Positions 10,102 through 19,547 of a stretch of 64,000 bases of DNA are shown piece by piece. The notes under the pieces are model-generated. The model had not been told where the DNA came from. It made no database searches and was given only the letters and a program-made list of their open reading frames with translations. The DNA comes from Candidatus Latescibacterota bacterium (lineage in GTDB: Bacteria; Latescibacterota; UBA2968). How positions within the stretch are numbered: the first letter of the stretch is position 1; every line of letters begins with the position of its first letter. The stretch covers positions 320,646 through 384,645 of the forward strand of contig OZ244847.1 of NCBI GenBank assembly GCA_965220765.1, read 5' to 3'. Made by a program: the position numbers and the translations under genes.

Positions 10102-10133
10102 GAGGGTCGTGTCTCGGCAAAGACACGACCCTC
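10102..10133 (+). promoter_or_regulatory. stable stem-loop in the 5' leader of the dockerin gene
   Basis: 13-bp perfect inverted repeat GAGGGTCGTGTCT / AGACACGACCCTC with 6-nt loop, 31 nt before ATG 10165. Confidence 0.45.
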
Positions 10134-10164
10134 AGAAAAGTATCTCTTTAACGGGAGAGATGAA

Positions 10165-10917
10165 ATGACAATAGGCAAGATAGTCACAAGAGTCAAGGGT
10201 GTTCTGCTGTTTATTACTGCTCTGACGACAAGCATTATTACGCCATTTAATGAGTCCTCGGGCGGTGAATTTGCAGGCATGCGGCTTTATCTCGATACCG
10301 AGGTTGAAACGCCCCCTGTATTGAATAACACATTGACCATTCCCAAAAAGAGACCTGGCAATACGATACAATTTCAACTCTTTGCACCCACGACCGCAGA
10401 CCAGCGAACATACGGCTATGAAATGGAACTTGCCCTGTCCGACGACAAGGCATTTTTCGATCATATCGGGAACATATCGGGAAAGGGTTTTACTGGCGCG
10501 TCTCTGCGCCGAACACCCGGCCATCCCCGCATAGCCGCACTGATTCTTTCTATCCCCACAGTGCCAGAAAACGGCTATCTCGGTCAAATTAACCTGGAGG
10601 TCATCAAACCTCTCGAAGAAGAGACAACTCTTACTGTCAAAACCATTGTGATGGCCGGACTCAGTGGTGAACTCGACTATTTAGATATATCTGAAGCCGC
10701 AATCTCTTTTATCGGTACTTTTGAACCGAGTGATTCCAATGGCGATTTCGATGGCGATTTCGACGTTGACTTTGCCGATTTTCTCGCCTTTGTTGGCGTC
10801 TTTGGATTGTCGATATCAGACACCAATTTCGACGCGCACATGGATGTGAACGGCGATGGTATCATTAATTTTGTGGATTTTCTCGCCTTTGTCGATGCCT
10901 TTGGCAACAACCCGTAG
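10165..10917 (+). CDS. secreted protein with C-terminal type-I-dockerin-like tandem calcium-binding repeats
   Basis: Signal-peptide-like N-terminus (MTIGKIVTRVKGVLLFITALTTS); two dockerin repeats (DSNGDFDGDFDVDFADFLAFVGVFG and DVNGDGIINFVDFLAFVDAFG); RBS GGGAGAG before ATG 10165 (ORF track start 10066 is a distant alternative). Confidence 0.6.
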   Translation: MTIGKIVTRVKGVLLFITALTTSIITPFNESSGGEFAGMRLYLDTEVETPPVLNNTLTIPKKRPGNTIQFQLFAPTTADQRTYGYEMELALSDDKAFFDHIGNISGKGFTGASLRRTPGHPRIAALILSIPTVPENGYLGQINLEVIKPLEEETTLTVKTIVMAGLSGELDYLDISEAAISFIGTFEPSDSNGDFDGDFDVDFADFLAFVGVFGLSISDTNFDAHMDVNGDGIINFVDFLAFVDAFGNNP

Positions 10918-10976
10918 AGGAATAAGCCGAAGCTGCTGACTGTAAGAAGTTGTCTTAAATATCAGGTACTGGATTT

Positions 10977-11008
10977 AAAAAGCACGCTCTAAATAGAGCG
11001 TGCTTTTT
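10977..11008 (+). terminator. rho-independent terminator after the dockerin gene
   Basis: AAAAA-GCACGCTCT-AAAT-AGAGCGTGC-TTTTT. Confidence 0.7.
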
Positions 11009-11017
11009 CATTCTCCC

Positions 11018-11046
11018 TTGACAGCCTCAATTCGCAGACCTATATA
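11018..11046 (+). promoter_or_regulatory. sigma70-type promoter giving a leaderless transcript for the membrane-protein/glycosyltransferase operon
   Basis: TTGACA (11018-11023), 17-nt spacer, TATATA (11041-11046); ATG at 11052, only 5 nt after the -10 element. Confidence 0.45.
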
Positions 11047-11051
11047 AAGTT

Positions 11052-12998
11052 ATGGCTGAAGTCGCTCGAGAACACGAACAAAAAGACGCCACCGCACGCG
11101 CATTGACCTATAAGTCAATCATACTGGGGTTGGCACTTGTACTGATAGCTGCGCTCGGTGGATTTTATGCACGGCACATCTTGCACACAACGCGGCTGGC
11201 GCAAAATCACCTGTCCCTCGCCGTGGTATTCCCCTTTGCAATAACCGTCGTCTTCTTGCGGCATTATCTCAAACTCCATCGAGGCGAACTTCTGGTCATC
11301 TTTTCAATGGGCCTGATCGCCTCAACCCTGCCAACGTATTTCTTAAGCCGGTTGATTGCCAGCTTTTGCGTACCGTATTACCTCGCCGACCCGACAAATC
11401 GATGGGGTGAATTTACACACGATTACCTGCCATCCTGGGCTGTAATTGAACCCGGTCCGGCACTGACGTGGTTTTTTGAGGGCTTGCCGCGTGGCGCGCC
11501 TGTTCCATGGGAAGTGTGGATCGGACCTCTGTTCTGGTGGTTGAGCCTGCTCGCGGCACTCTGTGCGGTCTTGTTATGCACAGCGGTAATCTTGCGCAAG
11601 CAATGGATCGAATACGAGCGACTCGACTACGCCCTCATGGAATTGCCCCTCGCAATGGTCGAAGAAGGCGATACACCGTCCCGCCTGCCGCCATTCATGC
11701 GCTCGCCGCTCTTCTGGATTGGTTTTTCCTTTTCGATCTTCGGCATACTATGGAACATCGTATCCTATTTTAATCCCACATTTCCCGTATTCCCCTGGCG
11801 ATTTGAAGCCATATCCTTTGGACGAGATTTTCAGGCAATTCGCATGAACCTCTACTGGCCCATTGTGGGATTTGCCTACTTTATCAACTTAGACGTCTCG
11901 TTTAGCATCTGCTTTTTCTACTTCCTCGCGGTCATCGAAGAGGGATTATTTAACCGATTTGGCGTCATAATTTCAGAAGCGAACTTTTGCGGCACCTCCT
12001 TTGTGCCCGTAGGCTGGCAAATGATCGGCGTGTGGTTTACCGTCGTCGGCTGGGGGCTTTGGATTGCGCGGTCGCATTTGCGCGATGTCTTTCGCAAAGC
12101 ATTCAAAGGCGATGCAAAAATCGATGACTCGGACGAATTGCTCTCTTATCGAAGTGCTGTCTTCGGCCTATTGGGCGGGCTGCTTTACATGGCCTGCTGG
12201 TTTTACGCTTCGGGCATGGGCCTGTGGGTCATCGCGGTATTTCTCATCGTCATGATGGTCGTCTATATCGGAATCTCGCGCATTATTGCCGAAACCGGCG
12301 TCATCACCATCCGCGCGGTCATGGTACCGCAAACATTTATCATGTTCACATTTGGCACCACGCGGCTATCTGCACAAACCATGGTCGCACTCGGCATGTC
12401 ATTTGGCTGGTGTGGCGACATGAAAACAACGCTCATGCCCGCATTGACCCACTCCGTCCGCTTATTTGACACCATTCAACATCACAAACGGCAACTCGCC
12501 TGGGCCATATGTCTGGCAATGGGCGTGGGCATTGTCGCATCCTGTTTGTATATCATATCCATGGGGTATGAAGGTGGTGCGGGCAATTACGGATCGCAAA
12601 TCTCCGGAGGCCTGGCGCGCGGACCCTGGGATTTCGTGGTTAAATACGCAAGAGATCCCGTCAATCCCGACTGGCGCAAAATGGCCTTCTTCACCAGCGG
12701 CATCGCCTTTGCTGCTCTGTTGTACTTTTTACGCTATCGCTACACCTGGTGGCCTCTGCATCCACTGGGGCTGGCAACCGGGCCTGCGTATCCCGTAACC
12801 CATGTCATTTTTCCAATATTTCTCGGCTGGCTGAGCAAACTCGCGATCTTGCGTTTTGGCGGCAGCAGAACCTATCGCAGTGCCCGCCCCTTCTTCCTCG
12901 GACTGATCATGGGATACTACGTGGGTGCGGGCATCTCGTTCTTCGTCGATATGATCTGGTTTTACGGACAGGGCCACGGCGTCCCATTTTCCGATTGA
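11052..12998 (+). CDS. large polytopic membrane protein of unknown function (paralog 1)
   Basis: 648 aa, 12 or more hydrophobic segments; clear paralogy with 14928..16949 (e.g. LVIFSMGLIASTLPTYF vs LVIFSMGLVASALPSYF; FFEGLP..PWE.WI; ILRKQW.E.ERL). Confidence 0.65.
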   Translation: MAEVAREHEQKDATARALTYKSIILGLALVLIAALGGFYARHILHTTRLAQNHLSLAVVFPFAITVVFLRHYLKLHRGELLVIFSMGLIASTLPTYFLSRLIASFCVPYYLADPTNRWGEFTHDYLPSWAVIEPGPALTWFFEGLPRGAPVPWEVWIGPLFWWLSLLAALCAVLLCTAVILRKQWIEYERLDYALMELPLAMVEEGDTPSRLPPFMRSPLFWIGFSFSIFGILWNIVSYFNPTFPVFPWRFEAISFGRDFQAIRMNLYWPIVGFAYFINLDVSFSICFFYFLAVIEEGLFNRFGVIISEANFCGTSFVPVGWQMIGVWFTVVGWGLWIARSHLRDVFRKAFKGDAKIDDSDELLSYRSAVFGLLGGLLYMACWFYASGMGLWVIAVFLIVMMVVYIGISRIIAETGVITIRAVMVPQTFIMFTFGTTRLSAQTMVALGMSFGWCGDMKTTLMPALTHSVRLFDTIQHHKRQLAWAICLAMGVGIVASCLYIISMGYEGGAGNYGSQISGGLARGPWDFVVKYARDPVNPDWRKMAFFTSGIAFAALLYFLRYRYTWWPLHPLGLATGPAYPVTHVIFPIFLGWLSKLAILRFGGSRTYRSARPFFLGLIMGYYVGAGISFFVDMIWFYGQGHGVPFSD

Positions 12999-13023
12999 TT
13001 TAAGACCTGTATTGCTTTTGATT

Positions 13024-13058
13024 TTCATCCTGTTCATCCTTTCATCCTGCACATCCTG
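13024..13058 (+). repeat. four imperfect tandem copies of (T)TCATCCT(G) in the 70-nt spacer before the glycosyltransferase gene
   Basis: tcatcctg / tcatcct / tcatcctg / catcctg with an 8-10 nt period. Confidence 0.5.
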
Positions 13059-13067
13059 ATCTGAGCT

Positions 13068-14894
13068 ATGAAAAAAAATAACGAGATAGATCGGATCTCG
13101 CACTATTTTCCCTATATTGTGGGCGGCACTGCGATTGTAATCCGGTTTTTTTATCTCTGGTCATTCTGGGCCAATCACCCGTTCTCGCAGAAACTGATCT
13201 CAGACGCACGGATATTCGACGACTGGGCGCTGCGCATCGCCTCGGGGGACTGGCTCGGCACGGCTGAAGTCTTCATTCTACCCCCCCTGTATCCATACCT
13301 CCTGGGAATCGTCTATACGATCTTTGGACACGCGCCCAAATTGATAATAGGCTTACAAGCCGCCGCCGGATGTGCCAGTGCGATACTGGTCTATCGATTG
13401 GGCGCGCGGCATTTTGGCGCTTATGCGGGATTATTTGCGGGATTGTTATTCGCGAGCTATGGTCCCCAACTATTTTACGAAGGCATGCTACTGGGCACAT
13501 CGGGTGCCGTATTCCTCAGCCTGCTGGGCTTGACGCTAATCTCGGAAAAAAATAAAACCCACTGGCACCTGGGACTGGCCGGATTGATTTTTGGACTGGC
13601 CGCACTCATGCGCCCCAATATCTTATCCGCAATCCCATTTTTGCTATTCGGCGCGTGGTGGGCCTACCACAAAGCAACACCGGCAAAACGTTCAATACGG
13701 CTGGCGAGTTACTTTCTATGGGGACTCATCCTCCCACTCCTCCTGTGCGGACTGCGCAATGGCCTGGTCGCAGACGACTGGGTACTGATGACCGCGCACG
13801 GCGGCATCAACTTTTACATGGGCAATCACCCCGATGCGCCGGGCTGGTTTTCCGCACCTCCAGGAGTGGATGCACAGATCACCCCGGAAGGGGCACAGGG
13901 TAATTTGGAAGAACCGCGCCGCGTGGCCGAAAGTGCTCTGGGACGATCTCTGAAAGCATCTGAAGTCTCTTCCTTCTGGTTTAATAAGGGCCTCGCATTC
14001 TGGATAGACGATCCAATAGGCGCGATAGCCGTAACCTTGCGAAAAGTGCGCCTATTTGCATCGGGATACGAAATCCCGCTCAATTACAATTTTTATTACC
14101 AGAAAAAATTTTCTGCCCTCTTGCGCTTTCCAATCACAGAATTGTGGATATTATTTCCCCTATCCATTGTGGGACTCATCGTCGCAGCCCGGCAATTTGA
14201 TCGCCACGCCATCCTGTATCTGTGGCTCATTGGATATGCGGCAGGGGTATTGGCTTTTCACGTATCATCGCGCTATCGCATGCCCGCAATCCCCATCCTC
14301 ATGATATTTGCAGGCATGGGAATATGGACATTGATATCCTGTGTACAATCGCAAAAGTGGAAAAACCTGTGCATCAGCGCAGTGGCGCTGATCATCCTGT
14401 GGACCGGCTACCGCATAGAACTAAACGCACAACTCGCCCAAAACAACTGGGCGATGGATCCCTTTAATTTGGGCACGGCTTATTTGTGGTCCAACGAAAA
14501 TGAACCGGCGCGATTATATCTCGAAGAGGCAGAAAAATACGGACAGGGTGATGCCGTCTTGTATTACAATTTGGGATTGGCTTATGCACGTACCCAAAAA
14601 ATGGACGCCGCCAAAAACGCGTATCAACAGGCACTATCCCGAGATCCCAACCTGGTACGCGTCTATGTCAACCTCGGCAACATCCTGTTTCACGAAGAAA
14701 AATTTCACGAAGCGATAAATAACTATCGAGAAGCATTGAAACGAGATCCCAATACCCACAATGCGCGTGCGAACATGGGCTGGGCATATTGGTCTTTGGG
14801 AAGAATAGACGAAGCGCGCAGCGCCTGGCAGCAGGTCTTGCAAACAGCACCCGATCACCCCTCGGCAAAAGCTGGGATGGCGCGCACGCGTTAA
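13068..14894 (+). CDS. GT-C fold glycosyltransferase (GT39/ArnT/PMT-like) with C-terminal TPR repeats
   Basis: N-terminal multi-TM region resembling PMT/ArnT-family transferases; C-terminal TPR units (YYNLGLAYARTQKMDAAKNAYQQAL..., VYVNLGNILFHEEKFHEAINNYREAL...). Confidence 0.6.
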   Translation: MKKNNEIDRISHYFPYIVGGTAIVIRFFYLWSFWANHPFSQKLISDARIFDDWALRIASGDWLGTAEVFILPPLYPYLLGIVYTIFGHAPKLIIGLQAAAGCASAILVYRLGARHFGAYAGLFAGLLFASYGPQLFYEGMLLGTSGAVFLSLLGLTLISEKNKTHWHLGLAGLIFGLAALMRPNILSAIPFLLFGAWWAYHKATPAKRSIRLASYFLWGLILPLLLCGLRNGLVADDWVLMTAHGGINFYMGNHPDAPGWFSAPPGVDAQITPEGAQGNLEEPRRVAESALGRSLKASEVSSFWFNKGLAFWIDDPIGAIAVTLRKVRLFASGYEIPLNYNFYYQKKFSALLRFPITELWILFPLSIVGLIVAARQFDRHAILYLWLIGYAAGVLAFHVSSRYRMPAIPILMIFAGMGIWTLISCVQSQKWKNLCISAVALIILWTGYRIELNAQLAQNNWAMDPFNLGTAYLWSNENEPARLYLEEAEKYGQGDAVLYYNLGLAYARTQKMDAAKNAYQQALSRDPNLVRVYVNLGNILFHEEKFHEAINNYREALKRDPNTHNARANMGWAYWSLGRIDEARSAWQQVLQTAPDHPSAKAGMARTR

Positions 14895-14927
14895 ATTAAA
14901 TAGACACCTGATATTGCCATACGTATA

Positions 14928-16949
14928 TTGGCTCGATTCATCATCCGCGCTATCCGCGTAATCCCCGTAATCCGCGATCCGATTCGGAGTCCCTCAATGG
15001 CCATTCGCGAAACCCAAACACAGACAGCACCACTTCAACGAGCCGTAACCGCGCGGTCCATTGTGATAGGTGCCCTGTGCGCGGGTTTCCTGGGATGGGG
15101 TGGACATTTTACGCGACACATTGCACACACGACAAAAATGGCGCAGGATCACTTGCCGTGGGGCGCAGTCGTGCCATTTTTGTTGATCGCGGTCGTATTG
15201 AATAAAGTACTGGAAAAAGTGCGCCCGCAATGGGTCTTGCGCCCTTCGGAATTGCTGGTCATCTTCAGCATGGGTCTGGTCGCATCGGCATTGCCCAGCT
15301 ATTTCATGGGACATTTGATCGCCAACGTCTCAGCGCCATTTTATTTTGCCAACACAGAGAACCGATGGGCAGATGACATACATCCTTATTTGCCCGACTG
15401 GGCGGTTGTAACCGATGTGACGGCTGCGCGGTGGTTCTTTGAGGGACTGCCAGCAGGTGCAACCATCCCCTGGGAAATCTGGATAACGCCGATGATCTGG
15501 CGATTGAGCCTGGTATTTATGATCGGCGTATTTGGATTCTGCGCGGTTTCAATCCTGCGCAAACAATGGGTGGAACACGAGCGCCTGACATTTCCATTGA
15601 TGACATTGCCACTGGAACTCGTCAACAGAGAACCGCGCGGATTCTGGCCCGTGGGCATAATGAATCGCCCCGTATTCTGGTGGGGATTCGCGCTGGCCTC
15701 ATTTCCCATATACTGGAACATGGTTGGATATTTCCAGCCGCTTTTTCCAACCATTCCCCGAGACCTGGGATTGATGGAATTCGGTCAGTATTTCCCGCCG
15801 ATTCATACGCGGTTTTACCCCGTAATCATTGGCGTATCGTATTTTATGGACCTGGATGTATTGCTCAGCATCATCGTCTTTCACCTGTTACTCACCCTTG
15901 AAATGGGGCTGTTCAACCGCCTGGGAATCGAAATAGGACCAACCCATGTGTGGCCGGCATCGCAATTTGAAAACTGGCAGGGTTTTGGTGCGCTGTGCGT
16001 ACTGGTGCCGTGGAGCTTGTGGATGGCGCGAGAACATTTGAGAAATGTATTTCGCAAAGCCGTGCTCAATGCGCGGGAGGTTGAAGACTCGGACGAATTA
16101 TTGTCCTACCGCACAGCACTCGGCGGATTGCTGGCGAGCGGACTATTTATTCTCGGCTGGTGTGTGGCGTCGGGCATGTCGGTCTTTGTCGCCCTGACCT
16201 TCTTGAGTCTTGTGGGCATAATCTGGCTGGGCATCACGCGCGTCTGCGTGGAAGGCGGCATGATCAGCAGCCGCATGATACAGGGACAATTTGTCGCCTA
16301 TCACCTGCTCGGTCCCGTGAATATTTCGCCATCGGGAATGGCGGCATTTGCGCTTACTGAAACATGGCACCACGATATAAAAACCATATTGATGGCGAAC
16401 CTGGCCAATGCCACGCGGCTTTACGACAGCATACGGCACGAAAGAATACGCCTGGTCATTGCCCTGGGACTGGCCATGCTGGTGGTGATAACCACAAGTG
16501 CATATTATCAAATATCATCGAGTTATGTAACCGGCGCATTTAATTACGGCGGCATTTACGGTCCCTATGTGCAAAACACTTTTGATACCATAGCCGGTCA
16601 TATTCGGGACCCCTTTGCCCTGAAGCGCGAGCGCATGCTCATCGCGCTCATTGGAATGGCAACCACGGCACTGATGCTGGCCCTGCGCTATGTATGGCCC
16701 TGGTGGCCCTTGCATCCGATCGGGTTTGCTGCCGTAACAGCCTATCCGGTCAATCGCATTGTATTTTCGATCTTCTTTGCATGGTTTTCCAAATTTATCA
16801 TATTGCGGGCGGGTGGCATTGATCTGTACCGCAAAGCATCGCCGTTTTTCCTGGGACTTATGGTGGGGTATTTCACGGGCGTATTTGTGTCATTTCTGGT
16901 AGATTGTATATGGTTCCCTGGGCAGGGACATTCACTGGCGTTGTATTAG
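14928..16949 (+). CDS. large polytopic membrane protein of unknown function (paralog 2)
   Basis: 673 aa from TTG 14928; alternative ATG at 14997 preceded by GGAG; paralogous to 11052..12998 along its full length. Confidence 0.65.
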   Translation: MARFIIRAIRVIPVIRDPIRSPSMAIRETQTQTAPLQRAVTARSIVIGALCAGFLGWGGHFTRHIAHTTKMAQDHLPWGAVVPFLLIAVVLNKVLEKVRPQWVLRPSELLVIFSMGLVASALPSYFMGHLIANVSAPFYFANTENRWADDIHPYLPDWAVVTDVTAARWFFEGLPAGATIPWEIWITPMIWRLSLVFMIGVFGFCAVSILRKQWVEHERLTFPLMTLPLELVNREPRGFWPVGIMNRPVFWWGFALASFPIYWNMVGYFQPLFPTIPRDLGLMEFGQYFPPIHTRFYPVIIGVSYFMDLDVLLSIIVFHLLLTLEMGLFNRLGIEIGPTHVWPASQFENWQGFGALCVLVPWSLWMAREHLRNVFRKAVLNAREVEDSDELLSYRTALGGLLASGLFILGWCVASGMSVFVALTFLSLVGIIWLGITRVCVEGGMISSRMIQGQFVAYHLLGPVNISPSGMAAFALTETWHHDIKTILMANLANATRLYDSIRHERIRLVIALGLAMLVVITTSAYYQISSSYVTGAFNYGGIYGPYVQNTFDTIAGHIRDPFALKRERMLIALIGMATTALMLALRYVWPWWPLHPIGFAAVTAYPVNRIVFSIFFAWFSKFIILRAGGIDLYRKASPFFLGLMVGYFTGVFVSFLVDCIWFPGQGHSLALY

Positions 16950-16959
16950 AGGCTATGCC

Positions 16960-19539
16960 ATGTCTAACGGCAAAAGAAAAATTCTCTCCATTCGCGAACC
17001 CATCCTTATCGCCTTCATTCTCTTGACATGTGCGCCAGCCTGGGGAGACAGCCTGCAGGAAAGTTTCGATGTACGGGCAGATTCCCTCGCTGCGGTTCTG
17101 ATCGCAGAACGCGCCGGACCAGACAGCGCAGCCATCTATCGGGCATTGAATCGGGAAGAGAAAGCACAATTTTTGCTGGACTTCTGGCAACGACAAAATC
17201 CCGTAGTACTGCAATTTTATTACGAGTATCACATCGGGCGTCGCTACCTGACGGTATCAGACGCTTTTTTTGAACGCGGGCGATTGATACCCCAGCGCTA
17301 TAAAACGCGCGCCGCACCACCAGATCCCGCCCTGCTCGACGACGCTGTTGCACTATTTGAACGAATACTACGGGACGATGGCGAAAACCGAATTGCCCTG
17401 TGCGCGCTGGGATATTGTCTGTTAGAACAGCACAAAGGCCTGGAAGCAGAACGCATTTTTGTGCGCGTACTGGAAAAAGATCGGCGGTTTCTCATCGCGC
17501 GACACGGCCGGGCACTGGCGTGCTTGATCCAGAAAAAACAGGTGCGCCGGGCACTGGACCTTTTTCAGGATACCGTCTCTCTCGATTCGAAATACGAAGC
17601 GGCGTATTACAATTTAGCAATGTGCCACCTGGCAATGCGCAGCGTGGATATGGACCATCATTTTAGCAATGTGGTCAAACGCTTCCCGCAACATCGCGAT
17701 GCGTATTTTAAGCTGGGGGTGTTTTACGAATCGCTCTATTATTTTGAAAAAGCCGTCAAGGCATTGTCAAAACAGGTCGCTGTAAATCCAGCGCACAGCG
17801 TGGCACGGGGCAGGTTAGCGCGCGTGGCTATGGAATTGAAGTATTTGAAACAAGAATTGCACACCACCACAGAATTGCGCGATCTCGCCCAAAAAGACCC
17901 CGAGCGTTATCTGCCGCTTTTGGGCGCACAATATCTGGAATCGGGTGCGTACGAACAAGCAGAAGCGTCATTTTCGCAATTTTTATCCATCCTGCCGCAA
18001 AATGAACGCGACCTGTACGAAGATGTCACCCTGATCCTGTCTGCAAAAGAATTTGAGACCTTTCGCATGATCGGAGGAGAGGAAAAACGCGCATTTACCA
18101 ACTTGTTCTGGCGCAAAATAGACCCAACACCCACCACACTGGTTAACGAGCGCAGGTTGGAACACTACCGGCGCGTCAATTACGCGATACAGAACTTTTC
18201 CGAAGGCCGAATACCCTGGGATGCGCGCGGCGATGTATATATCCGATTTGGTCATCCCGATCACAGAAGCTGGTCCGATCACCTCGTATTCGAAACCAAT
18301 GCAAAAGTGATTCGGGTAAAAAACCGACTCATGGACCTCGCGGGACAAGCACTGCACGAAATCGTTCCCACGACATCGCTACAGATAGAATCGTCTTTGG
18401 GCGCAAGCACGGTAATGAAGGCGACACCCGAGGTTCGGGGACTGCCGATATTTCCCATGCCGCACCAGGGGGCAGTATTTCGAGATGGCGCGTCTTTGAA
18501 CTACAAGTGGGAAACCTGGATTTACGCCCATATTGGCGAGGGATTTGAAGTGACATTCCTCGATGCCCTGGGCAATTTCAATTTTCAATTTCCCCAGCCG
18601 CCTGTTGACTCGCCCAATCGATTGCTGTGGCAACACCTCGCACCCGAAGCCGTGGTCGCACGGGTCGTCAACCGCACGCCCTCTGTTTACCACTATCCAT
18701 ATCCCGGAGACCCAATGCCGCTGCTTATGTCGGTCGCAGATTTCCGGGGAAATGGACGCGATACGCGCCTGGATGCTTTTATCGGCATTCCCTGGGCTGC
18801 ACTGAAAACGCAAAAACGGGGAACACAGATATCGGCTTCGGTGAATCGAATGTGGGTCCTCTATGACGCACAGGGAACAGAAATTGCCCGCGACAGCCTG
18901 AACACGCGAGCAACACAGCCCGAAACCGTTGACGACCCCGGCGTTTTATGGGTGGATCAGATCACAACAGAAGTTAAACCCGGCCACTATCTCATGGCTG
19001 TACGAGTGTCCGACCCTGCCTCAGGGAAACTACAAATCCGCCGACAACTCGTCGATATAGAAGCATATAACGCCCCGACCCTGATGGTAAGCGACCTTGT
19101 CGTGGCGGGAAAAATTGCAACAATAGAAGCCCGTGCAGAAGGCAAATTCATCCGAGACGAACTCGAAGTGCTCCCCCTGCCATCACACACCTTTGCCCCA
19201 GAACAGCCAGTCTATCTGTACTATAAAGTGTACAACCTCTTCCGAGATGACACAGGACAAACGCATTACCGCGTGGATTATGCTGTACGCGGCAGCAAAA
19301 ATGCCGGCGCCCGGGTGCTAAAAGGCATCGGCACATTGCTGGGCATATCTGAAAGGCAAGAAGGGGTACAGGTATCTTATGAACATCGGGGCAACACGGA
19401 AACAGAACCCGTATATGTTGCCCTCAATGTAGCGGCAAAACCGGGACAAAAACTCACGATAGGCGTAACCGTAACCGACCTGAACCGCCCGGGGAAACCA
19501 ACAGCGACAAAAGATGTTTGGGTAGCAATAGGAAAATAA
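16960..19539 (+). CDS. secreted TPR-repeat protein with GWxTD-type domain
   Basis: Signal peptide (ILIAFILLTCAPAWG); TPR-like repeats; region FTNLFWRKIDPTPTTLVNERRLEHYRRVNYAIQNF..GRIPWDARGDVYIRFGHPD matches the GWxTD domain pattern as remembered. Confidence 0.55.
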   Translation: MSNGKRKILSIREPILIAFILLTCAPAWGDSLQESFDVRADSLAAVLIAERAGPDSAAIYRALNREEKAQFLLDFWQRQNPVVLQFYYEYHIGRRYLTVSDAFFERGRLIPQRYKTRAAPPDPALLDDAVALFERILRDDGENRIALCALGYCLLEQHKGLEAERIFVRVLEKDRRFLIARHGRALACLIQKKQVRRALDLFQDTVSLDSKYEAAYYNLAMCHLAMRSVDMDHHFSNVVKRFPQHRDAYFKLGVFYESLYYFEKAVKALSKQVAVNPAHSVARGRLARVAMELKYLKQELHTTTELRDLAQKDPERYLPLLGAQYLESGAYEQAEASFSQFLSILPQNERDLYEDVTLILSAKEFETFRMIGGEEKRAFTNLFWRKIDPTPTTLVNERRLEHYRRVNYAIQNFSEGRIPWDARGDVYIRFGHPDHRSWSDHLVFETNAKVIRVKNRLMDLAGQALHEIVPTTSLQIESSLGASTVMKATPEVRGLPIFPMPHQGAVFRDGASLNYKWETWIYAHIGEGFEVTFLDALGNFNFQFPQPPVDSPNRLLWQHLAPEAVVARVVNRTPSVYHYPYPGDPMPLLMSVADFRGNGRDTRLDAFIGIPWAALKTQKRGTQISASVNRMWVLYDAQGTEIARDSLNTRATQPETVDDPGVLWVDQITTEVKPGHYLMAVRVSDPASGKLQIRRQLVDIEAYNAPTLMVSDLVVAGKIATIEARAEGKFIRDELEVLPLPSHTFAPEQPVYLYYKVYNLFRDDTGQTHYRVDYAVRGSKNAGARVLKGIGTLLGISERQEGVQVSYEHRGNTETEPVYVALNVAAKPGQKLTIGVTVTDLNRPGKPTATKDVWVAIGK

Positions 19540-19547
19540 GGCAGCGA

